DNA from: Amoebidium appalachense
Taxonomy: Eukaryota; Protista; Ichthyosporea
Direction of reading: 5' to 3'
Assembly (NCBI GenBank): GCA_963693365.1
Contig: CAVNZM010000001.1
Coordinates: 14,494,418 to 14,558,417 of the forward strand
Length of the DNA stretch: 64,000 nucleotides
A program made the translations under genes and the position numbers. Every line of letters begins with the position of its first letter. Position 1 is the stretch's first letter. The notes under the pieces are model-generated. The model saw only the letters and a list, made by a program, of their open reading frames with translations, ran no database searches and was not told where the DNA came from. Below, piece by piece: positions 28,644 through 61,499 of the stretch.

Positions 28644-28880
28644 CTGATAAAACTGTGCACTTACTTGCGGCAGTGTGACACATTAATCGAGATGTGCACA
28701 GTACGACCAGTCCCACAATTACAGTTTGATACTATTCACAAAGGGAAAGTGGCTTGTGGGAAAATTTCTCTGGGTGACTGCTCACAGAACTGCAATGTCT
28801 GACCCAAGTGTGGCCATGTCAACGCCAGTCTCGTGTCTAGGATTCTCACAAAATGTCGCCCAGAAACATGTGCTGAAATA
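28644..28880 (+). ncRNA. Array unit (subtype A; clearest three-domain example)
   Basis: ACTGTGCAC 28652-28660 / GTGCACAGT 28694-28702; TCCCACAA 28711-28718 / TTGTGGGA 28754-28761; TCTGGGTGAC 28769-28778 / GTCGCCCAGA 28855-28864 (one U.G); GCTGAAA 28872-28878. Confidence 0.6.
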
Positions 28881-29185
28881 TCTCTCCACCCCCCCCCCCC
28901 CCCCCTCCCCCCCCACCCTCTCCTCTCTCCTTCCCCATCCTCCCACAGCGCCCCCCACCTCCGGGTGCCCCTCTCCTCATTGGGTATGCATGCTCGAATT
29001 CCCCAGGCAAAATATCCCACAGACTTCAAATTTGTTCTCTTTCTTTCGCCCCCTCAGGTAATATATTTCTTTTCTTGGAGGGAAATAAGATTGTGTGGTG
29101 TGTTGTCAGGAAAGGGGGAGACGGGGGTCACCATGGAAGTGGGTGGGTGGGGTGGGTGTTTTTTCTTTCTTTCTTTTCTTTTTTT

Positions 29186-29234
<49 letters not shown>

Positions 29235-29650
29235 GAGGGATAATGAGGCTGTGGCTTTACCTGCACAGTCACAGGCTTACCGCAAATTGTTGATTTAAGG
29301 CAGTGTGAGAATAGTAAGAAAACCAACATAACCGCTCGGACTGCACATACAGCCCCACATAGACCATGCACACACATCGGCACACATCACGGACGAGAGG
29401 AAAGCCAAAACCCGAGAAGCTCTCCACAACCAAAACTTACTACTGTTTCAAAGCCTGTGATGGGCAGGAGAGCAGTGAGGCTCTAGCCCTTCCTCCCTGG
29501 TTAAACATTCAGCCTTCGAATTGAGGAGATGAAAGTATTGAATGCTTAACTCAACCGGGCCATTATATTCATACTGAATAATTAATTACCCAAGGTTTTG
29601 TATTGGCTGAGTCTGAAGACCAGGGCCGGTGGGTTTTTTTTTTTTTTTTT

Positions 29651-29695
<45 letters not shown>

Positions 29696-29910
29696 CGCCG
29701 CGCAAAGTTTGATACATAACGAGTTTGGAGGTTTTGTGAGATTATCCTCCAATTTTTTTATCTCTCAACTCCCCACTATTTCTCTTTCTTAATCTTCCCC
29801 CCCCCCCCCCCCCTCCCCCCCCCTCCCCCCGGGGCCCTCTCCCCGCCCCTCTCCATCCTCCCCTCCACCCCTCTTCCCCCCGGGGAAGCGAATGTCCTCC
29901 TGTGATTGCC

Positions 29911-29964
<54 letters not shown>

Positions 29965-30230
29965 TGGGCGTACCGGGGGCCTAAAAGCAATAAAGAGGCG
30001 TGTCGTATATTTCTTTTACTGCTTTCAGATTCTGGTTTTGTTACATAACAATCAAGCATAGATAGGTATGGAGGAGGAAGGAGATGCAGGGGAGGGGGAG
30101 GGGGGAGGAGGGGGGGAGAGAGAGGGGGGGGGAGAGAGAGGGGGGGGGGGGGGGGGGAGGGAGGGAGGGAGGGAGGGAGGGAGGGAGAGAGAGACATAGA
30201 GAGAGAGAGAGAGAGAGACAGAGAGAGAGA

Positions 30231-30340
<110 letters not shown>

Positions 30341-30730
30341 CTCGGAGAGTTTGCCCCGGGGAGGGGGGGGGGGAGGGGGGGAGAGGAGAGGGGGAGGGGG
30401 AAGGCACGGAAAGGGATTAAGGGGAAGGTGACCATAACCACCACTCAAACGCCATTCCCCCAAATCTCAATTTGACCTGACTGAAGAAGCCCCGGCGAGA
30501 AATTCTTACGTATGTTTTCCTCTTCCGCTTTCTCATGATTCTCTATTAACTTCTTATTTATGTTCCCTCCTGTTAATCGATATCCCGCCTCTGATCCGGG
30601 TGCATGTCAGTGTGTGCTTTTCCTCGTTTAATATATCCCTATGCCTGTTGGTTTTGCACCCCCGTTTGTGTGCCATGTGCCAACGTGAGTTTGTGTGGCC
30701 AGGATGTTGTTGTTTGTGTGTGTTTGTGTT

Positions 30731-30767
<37 letters not shown>

Positions 30768-31615
30768 GCGTGTGTGCGCGTGTGCGCGTGTGCGCGTGTG
30801 TGCGTGCGCGCATGTGTGTGTGCGTGTGTTTGCGCGTGCGTATGTGTGTGTCTATGTGTGTGTTTGTGTGCTTGTGTGTGTGTGTGTGTGCGCGCGCGCG
30901 CGCGCGCATGTGCGTGGTGTTGTGTGTGCGTGTATGTACTGTACGCGTGGATGTGCCGGTGGAATGATGCCATGTTTATGCGATCACCGATCACGCTAGA
31001 TCATAGTAGATTCATGCTTCCTATTGGTGGATTAATTCAAGATTCAGCTTACTGATTGGTGTTTTCTCAAAAAGCAATCCACTAGCCATATATGGAAGGA
31101 GAAAGTCGCCAAAACAGCCAATCGCACAGCGGGACCGAGCGGATACATGTCCCCCTAGATCTTCTAGACTGGAGCAGGCGGGAAGTTCAAGAGGCTCAGA
31201 GTCGAACAAACGCAAAACATAGAAGTGGTTTTTGCAGTTTGTTAGCGAAAGGCTGAGTTGATGTTTTTCTGGGTTGGAGTTAAAGCAAAACTCACATATA
31301 CGCGTATAGCAGAAGCACATAAGTGAGAGTGATATATATAAAAAAAAAACTGTGCAAAGGGCTACCGTAATACCTACAACTAAGCTTAAGAGCTTGGCGA
31401 AACGAGATTTCACTGTAACTCTTTGGCAAGTCTTAGATAACTCTTTCAGCTTTGTTTTTCAAGACACCCAGGATACAGTGTCTGAAGTTTTTTTACAGAG
31501 TCAACCTAAACTTTATATAAAAAGTACTCCTCTAAAGACAGTCACACTTTCATCACCAAACCGCGTGTCTTGTTCAAGCTCTCTTCTTGTCTCACCCGGC
31601 CGACAGCTATCAAGA

Positions 31616-36132
<4,517 letters not shown>

Positions 36133-36318
36133 GTGCCGCCGATTATCATGCAAGCGTTGGGCCTTAAGTAAACCCGTGTGTAGAAAAGTTACTTGGGATT
36201 ATTCAACTTAGAGAGCTCGAGTTCTTATTGCTCTCATGATATCGCCTCCTCAGCTTCGCTTTCAATCTTTTTTTGGCCTGCGTGTCGGTTCGTAAGTCTG
36301 TTCGTTTTTTTTTTTTTT

Positions 36319-36361
<43 letters not shown>

Positions 36362-36566
36362 GGGAGAGGGGGGGATGCGGTGCGCATGGCATCGACTGGA
36401 TGAATCAACACAAGTGGGTTTGTGCGGTGGCTGGTGGGAAGGGGTGCTACAATGTAATGATAAGGGGAGGGATATCTTGTGGATGTTTTGTAGATATGTA
36501 ATCTTAGGGGGTTTATCTAGTATTAGCGTCTTACTTGATCGTATCTCAGGCAAGTTGGCACACACA

Positions 36567-36615
<49 letters not shown>

Positions 36616-37884
36616 ACACCAGTGTTAACATTGCGCCTAACTATGCTTGGTAACTCCGCTGTTAGTATTTGACATTGCTCCACTGATCTTTTCTGGCACC
36701 ATCAATTTCGCTAGCCCATCTGAGTCTCACTCCGATATCGGATCCGAAACCACATTGAAATTTAAGTCCGTAGTAGTACTGGATTAATATAATTAATCAT
36801 GGGATAATTTATAACAGCCATGTACATTTTTCTTTAAGCGTTGGTGCTCTTATATACATAGGTCGGCCAGTGGGCCATGCGATTAGTGCCATATCCAGCC
36901 TCTGTACATGTGGCCAGGTACAGACAGGCACTAGGATGCATGACTGGGCCACTGATAGACTGGTCAATGACATAACGGCATGGATCCGGAACGGCAACGT
37001 TATCCACCATCTGTACATGCATGGCACTATGTATATGACCTGTCAATCTACCCGCATAGGGGAGGGGGAAGGGGGGGGGGCTACCGTCCATGTATAAAAC
37101 CTGTAGAACATATACCCACGAAATTCAATCCCCAATCGCCATCATCCCCCCCCCCCCCCCTCCGCTTCTCCCCACGAATAAATTTTCGGCAGCGGCATCA
37201 ATTTGCACACGTCACATGCTTGTCGGGATTCAAATAAGGGCGCAGTGACTGCCGGCCAAATCACACACTCGCACACATCATGGCCACACTACGGCTTTTG
37301 GGCTCGTACATTGTGAGCGCACCCCCCCTCCGACCTCCCCCCCTTCCCCCCCCCCCCCCCCCCCCCCCCTCCCCCCCCTCCCCCCCCTCCCCGGCCTGTG
37401 ACCACGTGCACAACCGGTACCACCGGTACCACAACCCCAAAAAAAAGGCAGTCATTAGCCACCCTTCTACATACCAGATCGATTGAATCGATGTCCCCCC
37501 CCTCCCCCCCCCCCCCCCCCCCCCCCACACACACACCCCAGCACCCCCTCACCACAACCCCTCCATGGGGCACCAAACTTTAGTAAAACACCTGGGCATG
37601 CGCACCAGAATCACCGTGTTGCAACAATGTCATGTGTGCAGTGTTGTGTGGGACCCTGCCATGTCTGTAAATAACTCCACTAATTACTCGAGCTCAGAAG
37701 ATCGCGGTTTGGTAGCCGCTAAGAAAAAGGCCAATACCGGTATTATCTACCCACCCTCAAAAGGCCGGCCGTGTAAAATGGAAAACCGGTAAAAAGGGGC
37801 AGTACATCATAGTAAAAAAAACATATGATGGATGCTGTTTTGAAAGAGGACACATGTGCTATGCATGCGCACACAGTTAACACG

Positions 37885-37948
<64 letters not shown>

Positions 37949-38739
37949 GCAGGACTGCATTGGACAAGTACGAAGTAGAGGGGGGAGGGTGGGTGGGGGG
38001 GGGGGGGGGGGGGGAGGGGGAGAAGGGGGGGAGGGGGAGGGGGGACGGGGGGGTGTTGATCAGACCAGGAATGCACCCATAGTAATGGCTGGCAACGAGA
38101 ACTTCATTCATTAATAAATTTGCTTAATACATAGCATGGGCACCGTCCCCTGTATCTTTTTTACAGGAGAACATGCTGATGATCTCAATAACCTGATACA
38201 AGTATTTATCAGAGCTAACCCGAGTTTATCTCTCGGTATGACTGGCGGAGATGGTCATGAAATATCGGCGTATGGGCCAGGGTCAACAATATTATATGGC
38301 ATGGCGAGTGGCCTCTCTCCTGAGTGGCACATATCAGAGCTAAAAAATTTGTGCACCAGTAAAGGGGTGAAAAAGAAACAAGGCGTAAAAGCTTGTACGA
38401 ACATCCGGTAAACCTACGAAAGTGGAAAAATGTCACTCTACCCAGCCTACTCTACCCCGTAAGATATTCATGTGTACATGCTCGACATCGGCGCGCTTTA
38501 TAAGGGCGAAGGCAGCTGCGCCATATGTGCCAACTTCTTGTGAAGTATGCACGTATGTTTGGTTCTAAACTTACATACCAAGTGCGGCATATATATACAA
38601 CCAAATTCTATTCACAGCTACTGTACTTCAATAGTTTACACATCCCTGCATAATGTTATCTAAAAGCTTCAAAACCTTTCTCAACACACACACTCCTGCA
38701 AAAAAAAAGTATTAGCAGTCAAAGATAAACTATGCATAT

Positions 38740-39681
38740 CTACTCTACGCCAACCGTGATTGCCGCCGAGCCAGGGGTGCGAACATCTTCAATAGAAACC
38801 GTCTTCTTCTTCCACGATAACCTCAGGCTATCAAGAGACTCCCTCAAGCTCGATCTACTCTTGACTCCCTTGAGGGAGCCTTCCTTGATCCTATTCATCC
38901 TCTCCTTCTCCTTATTCTCACTCATAACCGCACTCTCCGATTTCGTGTGTCTCAACAGCCTGGACGTCTTTTCGTTCTTTTCCTTCTTCTTGGCGTCTCC
39001 AGATAGCGCAATTTCCTGTATGCAGAAAAGAGCATCTTGGTTCGCGCTTACAGCGTAAAGGTGGTACAAGTAGGCCAACACGTCCTCCTTCGTTTCGAAC
39101 TCTATGAGTACGGCCCGGCCCGTTTCGCCTGGCCCGGTAGCAAGGCCCGTATGGGCGTCCCGTTGATGGCTGTCGAAAATGACAGCCTTTGTTCCCCTTT
39201 TCCCAATCATGGTGCTGTATCCTCTCGTTGTTAGCACGTAAGCGTTGTTGGACCAGATTTGGGATTCATGTTTTGGCGCCAAAATGGATTCAATCGCCTT
39301 CTTTAGCGTGACACCGAATCCGCCCTCCCCAGCGTCCATTCCCACCATTCCAGCAATGTAGTTTTCCTTAACGACCACACCCAAGTCCGGAATGTCGGCG
39401 GTTATTTCATCAACTGACGCCATACTGCTGTCGCTCTTCCTGGAGGAATCAAGAAGCAACCACTTATGATGGAACTGAACACCTTCCCGGATGAGTTCGC
39501 AAACACGGGCGTTATCATCGAAGCACTTCTTGACGTTGCCTTTTGCGCGCAGGAACGCAGCGCCGGCAAGACAGGCAACGGCCGTGCATGCTAGCTTGGA
39601 GCCCGCCACCGGGATGTCATTCTGTGCAAGTGCAAACTGCGTCACCTTTTTTGAGGCGAGAAGATCTCTTGGTTTCCCCAT
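38740..39681 (-). CDS. Intronless viral-tegument-like deubiquitinase/deneddylase (VTD; herpes UL36/BPLF1 N-terminal, peptidase C76-like) with a charged C-terminal tail
   Basis: 313-aa open ORF with normal complexity. Q20 (oxyanion candidate), C32 in GSKLACTAVA, helix LIREG, beta-rich YVLTTRGYSTMI, then IFDSH (D170/H172) followed by R...G...GRAVLIEF...VLAYL, the motif order of herpes tegument DUB-like proteases. Confidence 0.8.
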   Translation of the reverse strand: MGKPRDLLASKKVTQFALAQNDIPVAGSKLACTAVACLAGAAFLRAKGNVKKCFDDNARVCELIREGVQFHHKWLLLDSSRKSDSSMASVDEITADIPDLGVVVKENYIAGMVGMDAGEGGFGVTLKKAIESILAPKHESQIWSNNAYVLTTRGYSTMIGKRGTKAVIFDSHQRDAHTGLATGPGETGRAVLIEFETKEDVLAYLYHLYAVSANQDALFCIQEIALSGDAKKKEKNEKTSRLLRHTKSESAVMSENKEKERMNRIKEGSLKGVKSRSSLRESLDSLRLSWKKKTVSIEDVRTPGSAAITVGVE

Positions 39682-40834
39682 TGTTCAAAGCTGGCAGATC
39701 TGAGGTGGGGCTGATAAGCGAATAATAAAAACAGGACCGAGAGCACATAAAAGGTCTCTACTAAATTAGTAATCTTTGATAACAACCGTAAGAGGATATA
39801 TAAAGGATTGTCGCCCATTCACGGGGTCTTCGCTATACTACGAAATGTTCAACATACCTTTGAAATTGTGGTTCAGGTTTATATGATCGTGTTGATATTT
39901 GCCAGGGTAGCCCTCTCTTGTAAGCCATCTGGCACTTTAGGAAAAGATTTGTAAGTGAATCTTTATCACATAAAGAGTACAAAATCATTTGAAAAGGAGT
40001 AAAACTTAAATAGAGGGACAGAGCTAATACGGTGTAAGGCCGGAAAATAGACATACCGGAACTACCGTGAACGACACAAACGACACAAACGGAAGTTGGG
40101 CGTAGTGTTGAAAGGGAGGCTGTTCCTGGTGGCTCAAGCAACAAACCTATCCGGATAACCAAAGTTCTATATCCATACCAATACACTTCTGTAGATCTGT
40201 GTCAAATTTTCGCATTATAAGTTTCTGGCCATTCGAGGGTTTGTGATCATGCGTAGTAGCTATTTATTTATAAAGCCTAAAAAAAAAGAAATAAATTTAT
40301 AAAACTAAATTTTCTGGTTAAAGATATTAGATATAACTATACAGGCTACCTTATTAACAAATTGACAATGCTAACGGTTAGCCGTTAAAAATTTGTTCAG
40401 ATAGTGGAAAACAGTGCAAATCATTTCAAGAGTGGGGTTTATTGGAAAACACGAAAGCAGCTTGCCTTTCAGCTGCATGACAGTATTCCAATCAAACTTG
40501 TTCGTTTCATCGGCCTTTTGGTATGTTCGGAATGCCCTCGATTCATTATAAACAAATCCAGCCAAAAATGTGGGAACAAGGCATATGTTTCTGTATAGCT
40601 CCTAATATTATTGAATTTAATGTCTTTTACAGCAGATACCACCTCTTATCAATACCTTTTGCGTTAATAGAGCCATACCAGCAATATAACATCTAATTTA
40701 TTACGCCGTCAGGCGTAAGGAAAATGATTGGGTAAGTTGGCAAAACATTTTGCCGATTTTATAAAGGCGACCAAACACATGCCGACAAGCATAGAAGATT
40801 TACAATCAACTGTTTTGGGCAACTTCAGTCTTGG

Positions 40835-42002
40835 TAGAGGCATGTAAATTAATCCCGAAGAATTTTGGGATAGATTGGGGGCCTCGGGATATGTGATATA
40901 TCCGGGATATTCAAGTAATTTTGGGATAGATCCAAGTGATATTTAGGGGGACCCCAGATAGACGATCTATCCAGGTGTGGTGGATATTTCCTGTTTCAGG
41001 GTCTGGGATAGATCGGCGAATCCGGAGGTCATGAGGTACTTATTTGTATACATATTTGGTAGTCAATGCGCGCCAGGCCCAAAATGATGCACTGCCAATC
41101 AATATCCTGTATTTAGTCCCCAGGGGATGCTATACCCAACAGTCAGTTACGGGCTGATGGTTCAAGAATTTATGTGGAGAAACTATATTTTCGCTCAAAA
41201 GCCCCCTATATATATATATATATATACGCCAGGCCGCCAGCCTACTATATATATATGCCATTGTATAATCAACACAAAATGTTGAACAATATCCACATGA
41301 AGCAAGAATTATATATAATTACAGGCAAGGGTAAATTATTCAATAAGAAGGCCTAGTAAATTATACTCATCATTAGTGCCAAGGAAGGTATGTGCAGGGC
41401 TTGCGTGGGCCATGCAATAGCCGGCGCCCCCAGGCCCCGAGCCCCCCTGGCCAATTGCAAGCTTCAAAAATGCAAATTATTGAAACTGTGACGACGGTAC
41501 CCATGCACGCGCAGACATGGGGCATGCTATAGTATTACACGGTGTTGAGGTGCCCTATAACTACAGTAAACAGGGGCCCCACCCATGGATGTGTATACCT
41601 AGTACATATAACTACATACTGGGATATATTAGGCGGTTCGGTGCTGGGTGGAAGACGGTAGTTCCCCCTCAGGGCCCCTAGGGGCACCTCCGGGAACAAA
41701 ACGGGATATATAAAAAAAGGGATATTAGGCGGAGATAATCAAGCCTTCCTGGGGAGAAATGATATTTTTCTGGATCGATAGGGCCCTTCAGCATAGATCG
41801 TCGATAAAAAAAAAAAAAAATAGAAATAATTAGGCACATTTTTTTTCTTTTTCTTTTGACTGGATTTATTTGACGGAAAGATATGCAAGTTTTAAGGGAT
41901 TATCCGGGATATGATCTACGACAATCAGGTCGTTTTGAGATAGATCTAGAATAGTGCGTTTGGATAGATAGGGAAGTTGTGGGATAGATTTACATGCCCC
42001 TA
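40835..42002. mobile_element. Non-autonomous hAT element, 1168 bp
   Basis: TIR TAGAGGCATGTAAATTAATCCC vs reverse complement of right end TAGGGGCATGTAAATCTATCCC; perfect 8-bp TSD AGTCTTGG at 40827-40834 and 42003-42010; subterminal GGGATAGAT repeats; no transposase. Confidence 0.92.
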
Positions 42003-42177
42003 AGTCTTGGAGCCCATTTCGGGCCGGCTCACCTGAAAGTCGGGTCGGCTCATCCTAATCACACATTCCACTTCACTTCACTGGCTCAGGCTTTTATATA
42101 ACGGTACACTGTCTAAAGCTCCCTCACTGGTTCTGATGAAATTTTTATGAAAAGATATTCATGAAATTACTTTACTT

Positions 42178-42610
42178 CAGTTCATGAGTTTCCACTCGTA
42201 CTTTTTGTGTACACACTCTGTGACACCATTCCGGAAGTCGAACTTGTTTCCGGAGAGGTTTCAATAATTGCGCTGAGCCATTTGAGCCATGGCCATGTCG
42301 AAGCCCACGTACAAAGGCCCGACCCGGTATCGTTTGAGGGGCTTTCGAATTCTGGTCCCCGCTGCAATTCCATCATGTCGTGGCTTGTACTGTCGAGGCT
42401 TCGCTGGGACGATCTGTCGTTTTCGGTCTACAGCGACATTCTCATAGCACTGCATACAACTTTTTGTTCTTTTGTTTTCAAAGAGTTGGTGTATGATGTA
42501 GTATCTGGTTGAATTTTAACACATATTCCTGCATGTCTTAGTGACTTTGGCAAGGCTTGAGACATTAGGGTCCAGGGCCTCGAATTCTCATTCTCTGAAT
42601 TCCTCATGCC
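42178..42610 (-). pseudogene. Stop-interrupted intronless ORF remnant with a putative 4-Cys zinc-binding motif
   Basis: One minus frame reads ...KTCRNMC*NSTRYYIIHQLFENKRTKSCMQCYENVAVDRKRQ...QRNY*NLSGNKFDFRNG... with three internal stops. Confidence 0.3.
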
Positions 42611-42870
42611 TGCAGACCGGTGTAATGTATCATAGTGATGCGGATTATTTTATATTATTTTAATAAGCTTTCCTGATATACTAACTTTATTATATAATTC
42701 AAAATGTGAATCCCTTTTTAAAGTATTATACGACTAATTAGGTCCACTGCAGCTGTAAATACGAACCAAGAGCGGCTCCGGCGAGGGAAGGCGAATAACT
42801 TGCACCCCCCCAGATCGTAGATCCGTTGGCATGACGATGACGCGTGCGCCGTGTGACGCGCAATTTACCC

Positions 42871-43504
42871 CAATTGCAATATTTATAAATTTTCTTATCT
42901 TTTTGCTTCGCTCCAAAAATGCCATGACAGGGCTACTCATATACCACCAAATGACCCTTTAATTAGTAAGTGATCAAAGTTTAACATATGTATAAAAAAC
43001 AGGCTTTGGCCAACTAATTAATATTTTTATACATAACGCGACACACATTTATTGTATAAGCAACATGGGGTGTCCGCCGCTTGTTTTATGGTGATAACTA
43101 GAGAAAACTATGATTTTGTCATAGAGGATCGGCCAAGGCCCTGCCAGTTGGAGGCTTAGCTGGACGGATTTTAGCCGATTTTGACGATGAAGGAAGCGTC
43201 GGACATCCCTGATCCCCTCTGTTATTATTATGAAACATTACGTGCTTTTTTATTTCCGACAACTTTTCATAATGAACCAAAGCCGGTTTTCTAAGAAAAA
43301 ACGAGTGAAACATGCACCTCAGAGACTCTATATTTGCGCCTCGGCCCCGATCGGGTGACGGCAGCCCTTACCCTAGCCCTTTCGGAAAGGGAGGCCAATC
43401 AGATGATCCGAATCTTGCAGGTAAGCCATATAAGGTTACGCAGACAAATTCCAATGGGAAATCCGAACTAGTGTATAACCGGCGGCCAGTAGCTATTGCA
43501 ATTG
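42871..43504. mobile_element. Foldback MITE related to 34456-34988
   Basis: CAATTGCAATA 42871-42881 / TATTGCAATTG 43494-43504; nested IRs AAAACAGGCTTTGG/CCAAAGCCGGTTTT and GGGGTGTCCG/CGGACATCCC; shares CGACACACATT..TATAAGCAACAT.GGGTGTCCG and GAAGGA.GCGTCGGACA with the 34 kb copy. Ends are approximate. Confidence 0.6.
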
Positions 43505-43714
43505 CGCAAAAAGAGCGCCAACCTCCTCCCCCCCCCCCCCCCAACCCTCCCTCCCCCCGGGCCCCCCCCCCTCCACTCTCTCTGGGGCCTTCGGGCTAAG
43601 GGAGCAAGGCAAGGAGAAGGGGGAGGACGTGATTATGTACTCGGACCGGTCACGACCCTCCAAGGGCGCGCACACGTTGTCGGACGGCCCCCCCGCACAC
43701 ACGCACATACAACA

Positions 43715-43749
<35 letters not shown>

Positions 43750-44100
43750 GCACGTGCACACACACACACACACACACACATACACACGTACAGCGCCCTA
43801 GAGCTCCCCTCTCAACAGCAGCACGCGCTGCGATGTCACTGGCCCGTATCGGATGTGTCGACTCAGTTGACTGGTTGTTTGCGTACACACCGACAGAAAC
43901 AAAAGCACCAAATGCTATCACGTGCCGCTTATTATACTTAACTTAATGATGTGTTATTGGGGCTGACACAATTCCGACAACTTACATTGCCACGGACATG
44001 TAGACGTCCACCTGAGGGGGCCCAGCCTCACCTAGCGGCATACGTATACCAATCAGACCAATCGAAACATTTGGTTTTAATTGGGCAGTTCTAATGTTGC

Positions 44101-60482
<16,382 letters not shown>

Positions 60483-61066
60483 TCTTTCGTCCTAACTCAC
60501 ACCAGCACACACACAATCGCCGAACCTAGAACAATGATGCAGTTAACAGAAATTACGCTTCGTACTCTAAGTCAGCTTCTGTCTTCCTGCTGTAACCAAT
60601 GCCTTTATACGATGAATGAACTCCTTTACTCGACAAAAACGCTGAATGGAGATCTCCAAGGTGTGGCTCTACGATTCCGTTGAGACCATGTTCAGGCTTT
60701 ATGCCATGCTCTTCCTTCACCTTTAGACACCTAGATAAAACGTTACTTGACATTAACTGTTATGTCTACTGAATAGAACGTGTACTAACATCTGCATGCA
60801 TGCACACGACGCAGACACCTTGAGCGAACTTTGTCAAGACACATCATAGACACAAGACACTTCATTATCATTGTGCACGTGTAAACATGGCATTGGGTTC
60901 TAGGGGGAAACAAGGTGCGGCTATGGAGGACTTATCCGCGCCAATGCGCCAATCATCGACGGAATTTCAATTTGCCCCTTTACCCTATCCTCCCCCTCCG
61001 CTACCCTCAATGCGTGGGCGTGTGTTTGTGTGCGTGTGTTTGTGTACGTGTGTGTGTGTGTGTGTT

Positions 61067-61165
<99 letters not shown>

Positions 61166-61499
61166 ATGTATGTGTGCATGTGTGGGTGTGTGTCTGTGTG
61201 TGTGTGTGCCGTAGCCAATCAGCAAGAGACTAGCTAAAGACGGGGAAATGCAACACAGCTCGGGCGGGTGGGTGGGGCTAAGTAGGGGCCGACGGGGAAA
61301 CAAAGCTAAGACGAGTAGAACGAGTTGCCGCCTATATACCATAGTCGACTCCCTAGTGGCCACTGATTGTTGGAACACTATTCCAACCAATCAGTCAATC
61401 AATACATCTCTAAATAGAGCTTGATGAATCAAGCGAAGTATTCAGATATGTTGTTGCTATCTGCGACCACAGTCCTATTTTACAGAAATAATACACAAA

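Noticed and set aside
36800-38440. Short ORFs (e.g. 36870-37097, 38136-38411) beside the VTD gene
   Set aside because: No recognisable motifs or consistent splice structure; cannot be supported as genes.
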